Part shown: positions 57,178-64,000 of the stretch, piece after piece | How positions within the stretch are numbered: the stretch's first letter is position 1 | Layout of the letters: every line of letters begins with the position of its first letter | DNA from: Corallococcus exiguus | GTDB lineage: Bacteria; Myxococcota; Myxococcia; Myxococcales; Myxococcaceae | DNA length: 64,000 nt | Assembly: GCF_017302975.1 (NCBI RefSeq) | Contig: NZ_JAFIMT010000003.1 | Strand: one strand, 5' to 3' | Program-made: the position numbers and the translations under genes | Notes under the pieces: model-generated | Database searches by the model: none | The model's input: only the letters and a program-made list of their open reading frames with translations | What the model was told of the DNA's origin: nothing

Positions 57178-57527
57178 TGAAGTTGCAGGACCTTGTCGAG
57201 CAGTTCGCCGAGAACGTGGTCGCGCAGAACGAGGCCATCTTCCGGGGAGACGCCAAGACTGGAAACAAGCACGCCAGGAAGTACGGTGCCGCCGTCGATA
57301 AGCTCCTGGCCCACGGTAATGCCGGACGTGACGCGCTCTGCGTACTGCTCAAGCATGAGCGCATGGACGTGCGCGTGATGGCTGCCGCGCATCTGCTCCG
57401 CTATCGGACGGCCGAGGCCAAAGCGGTCCTGGAGGAAGCGGCCAAGGGGCAGGGCCTGGTCCCGTTCGGAGCGCAGCAGGCATTGAAACGCTGGGAAGAA
57501 GGAACCTGGGCGCTCGATCCAGAGTAG
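57177..57527 (+). CDS. Hypothetical helical-repeat (HEAT-like) small protein
   Basis: 116 aa. Helical repeat character (RDALCVLLKHERMDVRVMAAAHLLRYRTAEAKAVLEEAA). Confidence 0.45.
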   Translation: MKLQDLVEQFAENVVAQNEAIFRGDAKTGNKHARKYGAAVDKLLAHGNAGRDALCVLLKHERMDVRVMAAAHLLRYRTAEAKAVLEEAAKGQGLVPFGAQQALKRWEEGTWALDPE

Positions 57528-57701
57528 CCGTGAGCGCAGCCGATGGCCCCTGACCCTGCCGACCCCACCCTCGTACCCAAGCTGTACCCAAGATGAACGG
57601 ACGTGGGTGGACCTCCATGGACGCTCCACCTACCCCGCTCCAGAAGGAAACCGGCCGACCCTCAATCCCTCCGGGCACCTCGCGGATCGGGGTGGCGGGG
57701 A

Positions 57702-57769
57702 TTCAACACCGGTGAGGGGCTGCGAGAGCAGTCCCTGGCGAGTTCGATTCCCGTGCCCTACCGCCAATA
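57702..57769 (+). repeat. Partial direct copy of the 3' ~65 nt of tRNA-Sec (att-like)
   Basis: ACCGGTGAGGGGCTGCGAGAGCAGTCCCTGGCGAGTTCGATTCCCGTGCCCTACCGCCAATA is identical to 51601..51662 except for one base. The 5' half of the tRNA is absent here. Confidence 0.85.
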
Positions 57770-57896
57770 TCAATGCGAGACAGATTGACGTCCCGGAATG
57801 AGACACCGGCGGCCGGCAGGCGGCCGTGAATCCGGGAAGCGTGGCGCACGATATCTGCATGCAGGGCGTGTCCTCCGTTGAGGACTCCGGCCTGCC

Positions 57897-59099
57897 ATGC
57901 TCACGCCCCCCGACGTATCCACTGAAACGCGCGCTGCACGGGTTCGCAAGGCGCTCTCCGAGGAACTGTTCTTCGTCCGCGGCGTCAGCCTGCTTCTCGT
58001 GGTGCTGGTCCATGTGATTGGCGTGGAGCCCTTCCAGGGGTTGCGCAAGCTCTTCTCCCCGGAACGCGCGGAGCTGCGTTTCGCAGCGGAGCTCATCCAC
58101 AGCTTCAACATGGCCGTGATGATCATCGGCTCGGGTGTGGCGGTGTCACTCTTCGGCGCGCCGGAATCGTCCTTCCGGGAGTTCGCGCACAAGAAGCTGC
58201 GCAAGCTCGTCGTCCCAATGTTGGTGTGGGCCCCCGTCTTCCTCTACACCCATGAACTCTCCCAGGCGCGCCCGCGGACGCTTGAGGGATGGCTGGTGCT
58301 GCTGGGCCAGTTCCCTGCTGCGTGGTTCCCTCCGTACGCCATCTTCTGGTTCATTCACGCCCTGGTGGGCTGTACCTGTCTGGCGTGGGTGTATCAGCGC
58401 ATCGTGCCTGCCCGGTACCACTGGAACGGGCTGAGCTACCTGGCCCTGTCCTGGGTGCTTTATGCCGCTGTCGAGGCCCTGGACTCGCCCCTGTCTGGAA
58501 TTGGGATGAGATACCTCCGCTTCATCCTCTTCTGGAACTGCCTCTTCGGTCTGGGAATGAGCCTGTCTCCCTGGCTCGAACTGGCGCGCAGCCGGCTGTC
58601 CCTGTTGCCTCTGACGCTCCAGGGACTGGTGCCCTTGGGGTTCCTGGGACTGCTGGTCTCGTTCCATGTCTCGGGGCTCGCGGAGGGACATCTGGATCCG
58701 CGACTGATCACGGGGCCGCTGGGCTTCTGCATGCAATTCACCCTGACCCTCTTCTTCCTGGGTGCCGCGTGGAAGGGATTGGCGAGCCGGATTGTCTACC
58801 TGGGCTCGATCAGCATGCCCCTCTATCTCTTTCACATCTATTTCGTGTCCGGGATGCGACTGGCTTTGGGCAAGGTGCTGCCAGGAGCGCCGCTCGTGCT
58901 GCACCTGGCGCTGGGCGCTCTCGTCGGACTGTTGGGCCCCCTGGGCCTCTACCTCCTCCTGGAGAGGAACCGTGCCTTCCGCTGGAGCATCGGTCTGCGG
59001 GGTGTCCCTTTGGACACGCCCGGCCTCGCCGCAGATGAGTCCCCTGGCACCCGGCCACGGCGGGTGGAGGCATCAACCATGAAAGGGGCTGACGTATGA
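57897..59099 (+). CDS. Acyltransferase family 3 (membrane O-acyltransferase)
   Basis: About 10 predicted TM helices with conserved N-terminal FFVRGVSLLLVVLVH and SMPLYLFH motifs. 400 aa. Confidence 0.75.
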   Translation: MLTPPDVSTETRAARVRKALSEELFFVRGVSLLLVVLVHVIGVEPFQGLRKLFSPERAELRFAAELIHSFNMAVMIIGSGVAVSLFGAPESSFREFAHKKLRKLVVPMLVWAPVFLYTHELSQARPRTLEGWLVLLGQFPAAWFPPYAIFWFIHALVGCTCLAWVYQRIVPARYHWNGLSYLALSWVLYAAVEALDSPLSGIGMRYLRFILFWNCLFGLGMSLSPWLELARSRLSLLPLTLQGLVPLGFLGLLVSFHVSGLAEGHLDPRLITGPLGFCMQFTLTLFFLGAAWKGLASRIVYLGSISMPLYLFHIYFVSGMRLALGKVLPGAPLVLHLALGALVGLLGPLGLYLLLERNRAFRWSIGLRGVPLDTPGLAADESPGTRPRRVEASTMKGADV

Positions 59100-59221
59100 A
59101 CCCAAATGAAATGTTGACTGCTTGACAAAATGTTTGTGTTTCAGGGAGGGACGGCCATGCTGGCTGGCTAAACCAAAGTTCATGGGGGCCCCTCTGAGCG
59201 CCTCCATTCCCCGGAGTTGTC

Positions 59222-62200
59222 ATGGACGTGATGCGAGCCAGCAGGGCCCTGCTGCTGGGACTGGTCTGTGTTGCAGCAGGCTGTAGTAGCAAGCCTCCAG
59301 AAGAGAAGACGCTGCCCCACAGCGCTTCGCCGTTGGTGGTGGAGGGGTGGACCGAGACCGCGCCCATGGCGGAGGCTCGGAAGTACCACGCGGGTGTCGT
59401 GCTGCCTTCCGGCAAGGTGCTGGTGACGGGCGGATACAACGCCAGTGGCTATCTCTCCTCCTCCACGCTCTTCGACCCCGCGACCGGTGCATGGACAGTG
59501 GCCGCGCCCATGCCGGAGGCCCGACAGAGCCACGTCCTGACGCTGCTGCCTTCGGGCAAGGTGCTCGTGGTGGGCGGAGAGAATGCGACGGGCCGCCTGG
59601 CTTCCGCGGCGGTGTATTCCCCGGACACCAATACCTGGGCCTCCGCGGGAAGCTTCGCCACGGGCGTGGCTCGGGCGGCCATGACGGCGACGGTGCTGCC
59701 CTCGGGCAAGGTGCTGGTGGCCGGCGGTGGCAACGGTACGGGGGCGTCCTTCCGGGTGGATGTGTATGACCCGGCCTCCGGAAGCTGGAGTGTCGGCCCC
59801 AACCTGGGCGCGCCGCGTCGCAACCACACGGCGACACTGTTGCCTTCGGGCCAGGTGCTGGTGGCGGGCGGCGTCGAGAGCGGGAGCCTGGCGACTGCCG
59901 AGGTGTACACCCCCACGAGCAATACCTGGACGGCGACGGGGAGCCTTGCGACAGCGCGCTACGACCATACGGAGACGCTGCTGCCTTCGGGCAAGGTGCT
60001 GGTGGTGGGTGGCCGTAACAGCAGCGGGCTGCTGGCGACAGCGGAGGAGTATGACCCGAGCACCGGGCAGTGGAGTGCGACGGGCGCGCTGGGCGCGGCC
60101 AGGATGCTGCACACCGCCACCCTGCTGAGCACCGGGAAGGTGCTGGTGGCCGGCGGAATGTCTGGCAGCGCCGCGACGGCTGCCCTGGCGAACACGGAAC
60201 TGTACGACCCTGGCACCCGGCAGTGGAGCGCGGCGACGCCGATGGCTGGTGCGCGGTATTCGCATGTGGCGGTGTCGCTGGGGGCGCATGCCAAGGTGTT
60301 GGTGGTGGGCGGTATCGGCACCAACGCCGCGAGCCAGAAGACGGCGGAGGTGTATGGGTATGACGCGTGCGCCGGAGTGACGTGCAACAACTCCCCAGGG
60401 TCCTGCCATGAGGCGGCGGGAACTTGCAGCAATGGGGTGTGCAGCTACGCGCCAAAGGCGACCGGGGCCACCTGTGACGACGGCAATGCGTGCACCGGGG
60501 CGGACGTGTGCAACGGCGCGGGCGTGTGCGCGGGGAGTGCCACCCAGTGCGGCAGTCCTCCGGGGCAGTGCTACGAGACGGCGGGAACGTGCAGCGAGGG
60601 GACGTGCTCCTACTCGTACAAGGCGACGGGCGCCGCGTGTGATGATGGGGATGCGTGTACGGTGGACGAGACGTGCAACGGGGCGGGCGGGTGCTCGGGC
60701 ACGCCGGTGACGTGCAACAGCCCGCCGAGCCAGTGCTTCGAGTTGGCGGGGACGTGCAGCGATGGGACGTGCACCTATGCGCCGAAGGCGACGGGCACCG
60801 CTTGTGATGATGGCAATGGGGGCACCATCAATGACGTCTGTAATGGGACCGGCGTCTGCGCCGGAGTTCCGGCCTGCACGACGCCGCCGGACGCCTGCCA
60901 TGGCTCCCCGGGCACTTACTCCAACGGGGCGTGCACATACCCGCCGAAGGCCGCGGGCACCCTTTGCGATGATGGCAACGCTTGCACGACCGGTGACGTC
61001 TGCAACGGTTCTGGCTCCTGCGGCGGCTCGGCACTGAGCTGCAACAGTCCGCCCAGCCAGTGCTACGAGGCCGCGGGCACCTGCTCCAATGGCACCTGTA
61101 GCTATGTGCCGAAGTCCTCGGGTGCGAGCTGCAATGATGGAAACGCCTGCACAACGGGAGACGTCTGCAACGGCGCTGGCACCTGCGGCGGCGCGGCGCT
61201 GAACTGCAACAGTCCTCCCAATCAGTGCTACCAGTCCGCGGGCACCTGCTCCAATGGCTCGTGCTCCTATGTGCCGAAGGCCGCGGGCGCCAGCTGCGAT
61301 GACAGCGACTCGTGCACGACGGCCGATGTCTGCAACGGTGCGGGCTCCTGTGGCGGCTCCCCCCTGAGTTGCAGCACCGCGAGCACCAACTACTGCAGCG
61401 GCAATGACATCCGGCGGACTACTGGCACTGGCACCTGCAGCGGCGGATCCTGCCAGTCCACCGACGTCCTCGTGCAGACGTGCCAGACCGGCAGCAGCGG
61501 CCCCTACTGCAGCGGCAACGGCGCCTACCAGACCGTCTATGGCGGCTGCTCCAACGGGGCCTGCACGTCCTCCCAGCAACTCATCGAGTCGTGCTCCACC
61601 TCCAGCAGCAACTACTGCAGCGGCAACACCGTCCGGAAGCTCACCGGCACGGGTTGCAGCGGCGGCAACTGCGGCTCCTCCGACACCCTCGTCCAGACGT
61701 GCTCCACCTCCAGCAGCAACTACTGCAACGGAAATGACGTGCGGAAGACCACCGGCACCGGCTGCAGCGACGGCAACTGCGGCTCCACCGACACCCTCGT
61801 CCAGACGTGCCCTACCGGCACCAGCAGCCCCTTCTGCAGCGGCAGCAGCGTCTACCGGACCCTCAATTCCGGCTGCAGCGGAGGCTCCTGCGCGTCCAGC
61901 CAGCAACTCATTGAGACGTGCTCCACCTCCAGCAACAACTACTGCAGCGGCAACACCGTCCGGAAGACCACCGGCACCGGCACTTGCAGCGGCGGCTCCT
62001 GCGGCTCCACCGACACCCTCGTCCAGACGTGCTCCACCGCGAGCAGCAACTACTGCAGCGGCAATGACTTGCGGAAGACCGCGGGCACTGGCACCTGCAG
62101 CGGCGGTTCCTGCGGCTCCACGGACACCCTCGTGCAAACGTGCCAGACCGGCACCAGTGGCCCCTTCTGCAGTGGCAACGGGGCCTACCGGACCGTCTAT

Positions 62201-63118
62201 GGCGGCTGCTCCAGCGGTGCCTGCACTTCTTCCCAGCAACTCATCGAGTCGTGCTCTACCTCCAGCAGCAACTACTGCAGCGGCAACACCGTCCGGAAGG
62301 TCACCGGCACTGGATGCAGCGGCGGCTCCTGCGGCTCCACCGACACCGTCGTCCAGAACTGCGCCACCGGCAGTAGCAACTACTGCAGCGGCAACACCGT
62401 CCGGAAGACCTCCTACACCGGTTGCAGCGGTGGCTCCTGTGGCGTCACCGACACGCTCGTCCAGACGTGCGCGACGGGCACCAGCAGCCCCTTCTGCAGC
62501 GGCAACAGCGTCTACCAGACCGTCAATGGCGGCTGCAGCGGAGGCTCCTGCTCGTCCAGCCAGCAGCTCGTCCAGACGTGCTCCACCACGAGCACGAACT
62601 ACTGCAGCGGCAATGATGTGCGGAAGAGCACCGGCACCGGTTGCAGCGGCGGCTCCTGCGGTTCATCCGACACCTTCGTCCAGACGTGCTCCACCGCGAG
62701 CACTACCTATTGCAGCGGCAATAACGTGCGGAGGACCACTGGCACCGGTTGTAGCGGTGGCAACTGTGGCTCCACCGACACCTTGGTCCAGACGTGCTCC
62801 ACCGCGAGCACGACCTACTGCAGCGGCAACACCGTCCGGAGGACGACTGGCACGGGTTGCAGCGGCAGTGGTACCTGCGGCTCCACGGACACCCTGGTCC
62901 AGACGTGCAACAGCCAGTTCGAGATGTGCAGCGACGGCGCATGCGTTTCCAACGATGGGCTCTGGCAGTTGGTGGGTTCGTGCAGCACGAGGTGCCCATC
63001 CAATGAATGCTGGCCCCCCGTCAACCCGGACGGACAGGACTGCAGGCCGGTGGGTTCTACCTGCTTCGCTTACGGCGGTCCCACCGGTCGTAACGAATGG
63101 AAGTGCGCGCCGTACTGA
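59222..63118 (+). CDS. Giant lipoprotein: Kelch beta-propeller + ~7 myxo-type Cys-rich repeats (CDDGNACT...CNG) + ~18 short Cys/Ser/Gly repeats
   Basis: Lipobox LVCVAAGCSS. Kelch blades (VLPSGKVLVTGG repeated 7 times). About 48-aa repeats C..SPP.QC.E.AGTCS.G.C.Y.PKA.G..CDDGNACT..DVCNG.G.C. About 36-aa repeats CSGN.VRKTTGTGCSGGSCGSTDTLVQTC.TSSSNY. 1298 aa. Confidence 0.8.
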   Translation: MDVMRASRALLLGLVCVAAGCSSKPPEEKTLPHSASPLVVEGWTETAPMAEARKYHAGVVLPSGKVLVTGGYNASGYLSSSTLFDPATGAWTVAAPMPEARQSHVLTLLPSGKVLVVGGENATGRLASAAVYSPDTNTWASAGSFATGVARAAMTATVLPSGKVLVAGGGNGTGASFRVDVYDPASGSWSVGPNLGAPRRNHTATLLPSGQVLVAGGVESGSLATAEVYTPTSNTWTATGSLATARYDHTETLLPSGKVLVVGGRNSSGLLATAEEYDPSTGQWSATGALGAARMLHTATLLSTGKVLVAGGMSGSAATAALANTELYDPGTRQWSAATPMAGARYSHVAVSLGAHAKVLVVGGIGTNAASQKTAEVYGYDACAGVTCNNSPGSCHEAAGTCSNGVCSYAPKATGATCDDGNACTGADVCNGAGVCAGSATQCGSPPGQCYETAGTCSEGTCSYSYKATGAACDDGDACTVDETCNGAGGCSGTPVTCNSPPSQCFELAGTCSDGTCTYAPKATGTACDDGNGGTINDVCNGTGVCAGVPACTTPPDACHGSPGTYSNGACTYPPKAAGTLCDDGNACTTGDVCNGSGSCGGSALSCNSPPSQCYEAAGTCSNGTCSYVPKSSGASCNDGNACTTGDVCNGAGTCGGAALNCNSPPNQCYQSAGTCSNGSCSYVPKAAGASCDDSDSCTTADVCNGAGSCGGSPLSCSTASTNYCSGNDIRRTTGTGTCSGGSCQSTDVLVQTCQTGSSGPYCSGNGAYQTVYGGCSNGACTSSQQLIESCSTSSSNYCSGNTVRKLTGTGCSGGNCGSSDTLVQTCSTSSSNYCNGNDVRKTTGTGCSDGNCGSTDTLVQTCPTGTSSPFCSGSSVYRTLNSGCSGGSCASSQQLIETCSTSSNNYCSGNTVRKTTGTGTCSGGSCGSTDTLVQTCSTASSNYCSGNDLRKTAGTGTCSGGSCGSTDTLVQTCQTGTSGPFCSGNGAYRTVYGGCSSGACTSSQQLIESCSTSSSNYCSGNTVRKVTGTGCSGGSCGSTDTVVQNCATGSSNYCSGNTVRKTSYTGCSGGSCGVTDTLVQTCATGTSSPFCSGNSVYQTVNGGCSGGSCSSSQQLVQTCSTTSTNYCSGNDVRKSTGTGCSGGSCGSSDTFVQTCSTASTTYCSGNNVRRTTGTGCSGGNCGSTDTLVQTCSTASTTYCSGNTVRRTTGTGCSGSGTCGSTDTLVQTCNSQFEMCSDGACVSNDGLWQLVGSCSTRCPSNECWPPVNPDGQDCRPVGSTCFAYGGPTGRNEWKCAPY

Positions 63119-63325
63119 ATGAATGTGTGAGTCGGAGTCCGCCCACTCACACCAGTTGAACTCAGCGTGGAAGCCTCCGTGCGCCATCAACGCACGGAGG
63201 CTTCGCCTTGACGGGGTGCTCCGCGGCGCCCAAGAGTTCGGCGTGGATGAGTCTGTCGCCATGCTGGCGGGCTCAACCAAATTTCATGGAGGCCCCTCTG
63301 TGCGCCTCCATTCCCTGGAGTTGTC

Positions 63326-64000
63326 ATGGACGCGTGGAGAGTCAGCAGGGCTCTGCTGTTGGGGCTGGTCTGTGTCGTCGTGGGCTGTAGTAGCAAACCA
63401 CCAGAAGAGAAGACGCTGGCTCACCAGGCTTCGCCACTGACGGTGGAGGGGTGGACCGAGACCGCGCCCATGGCGGAGGCTCGCAAGTACCACGCAGGCG
63501 TCGCGCTGCCGTCAGGCAAGGTGCTGGTGACGGGCGGGTACAACGCCAGTGGCTATCTCTCCTCCTCCACCCTCTTCGACCCCGCGACGGGCTCCTGGAC
63601 GGCGGCCGCGTCCATGCCGGAGGCCCGGCAGATCCACGCGCTGACGCTGCTGCCTTCGGGCAACGTGCTCGTGGTGGGCGGAGAGAATGCGACGGGCCGT
63701 CTGGCTTCCGCGGCGGTGTACTCCCCGGCCACCAATACCTGGGCCTCCGCGGGAAGCTTCGCCACGGGCGTGGCTCGGGCGGCCATGACAGCGACCGTGC
63801 TGCCCTCGGGCAAGGTGCTGGTGGCTGGCGGTGGAAACAATACGGGGGCCTACTTCAAGGTGGACCTGTATGACCCGGCCTCCGGAAGCTGGAGTGCCGG
63901 CCCCAATCTGAGCGCGCCGCGCCGCAACCACACGGCGACGCTGCTGCCTTCGGGCCAGGTGCTGGTGGCGGGCGGCGTCGAGAGCGTAAGCCTCGCGTCG
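63326..64000 (+). CDS. Paralogous Kelch lipoprotein (3' partial, runs off window end)
   Basis: About 90% identical N-terminus (MDAWRVSRALLLGLVCVVVGCSSKPPEEKTL...). The ~120 bp upstream region, including the RBS context, is also duplicated. Confidence 0.75.
   Translation, partial: MDAWRVSRALLLGLVCVVVGCSSKPPEEKTLAHQASPLTVEGWTETAPMAEARKYHAGVALPSGKVLVTGGYNASGYLSSSTLFDPATGSWTAAASMPEARQIHALTLLPSGNVLVVGGENATGRLASAAVYSPATNTWASAGSFATGVARAAMTATVLPSGKVLVAGGGNNTGAYFKVDLYDPASGSWSAGPNLSAPRRNHTATLLPSGQVLVAGGVESVSLAS

Larger units (their letters stand above)
51660..57769. mobile_element. Putative tRNA-Sec-associated genomic island (no integrase detected)
   Basis: Bounded by the intact tRNA and a direct repeat of its 3' end. 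The left ~1.4 kb is clearly lower in GC (about 55-58%). Cargo: secreted protein, TM Ser/Thr kinase, XRE regulator, pseudokinase and small ORFs. Confidence 0.45.

Noticed and set aside
59180-62239. 1019-aa minus-strand ORF and 61404..63122 plus-strand 572-aa ORF
   Set aside because: Both are alternative readings of the repetitive Kelch/Cys-rich lipoprotein gene. Ala/Arg/Pro-rich with no motifs. The repeat periodicity keeps these frames open.

Overview
High-GC (about 70%) chromosomal segment from a myxobacterium. Gene content and order between roughly 38.9 and 46.4 kb resemble the Myxococcus xanthus romR, encC and groEL2 neighbourhood as I recall it, so the source is probably a Myxococcus or Corallococcus relative. 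This is a recalled resemblance, not a checked one. Most of the window is ordinary high-GC chromosome encoding a PAS-MCP/CheB/CheR chemosensory set, ProC, NadC, ValS, GroEL (no groES), an M1 aminopeptidase, an SDR, a LysR regulator, two-component proteins and a GGDEF response regulator. These are interleaved with accessory and unusual loci. (1) A Fic-domain gene is translationally coupled (ATGA overlaps) to two paralogous small genes sharing a GPWYTE...LGNE...GGYCWCH motif; this is a candidate undescribed Fic partner module. (2) A 99-nt tRNA-Sec (anticodon TCA) is followed by a ~6.1 kb lower-GC insertion bounded by a ~65 bp direct repeat of the tRNA 3' end. The insertion carries a transmembrane Ser/Thr kinase plus secreted partner, an XRE regulator, an NFG pseudokinase and small orphan genes, with no integrase. 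(3) A full-length homologue of the eukaryotic major vault protein. (4) A lysine-rich, lower-GC LysM / lytic-transglycosylase-like / C39-like peptidase protein without a signal peptide, next to a divergent secreted protein. (5) ValS with a histone-H1-like AKKA-repeat tail. (6) An orphan encapsulin ferritin cargo (EncFtn) with a C-terminal targeting peptide and no shell gene nearby. (7) Three Kelch-propeller lipoproteins, two of them tandem paralogs carrying long cysteine-rich repeat arrays. Many long ORFs in the six-frame track are antisense or alternative-frame artefacts of high GC and were rejected.
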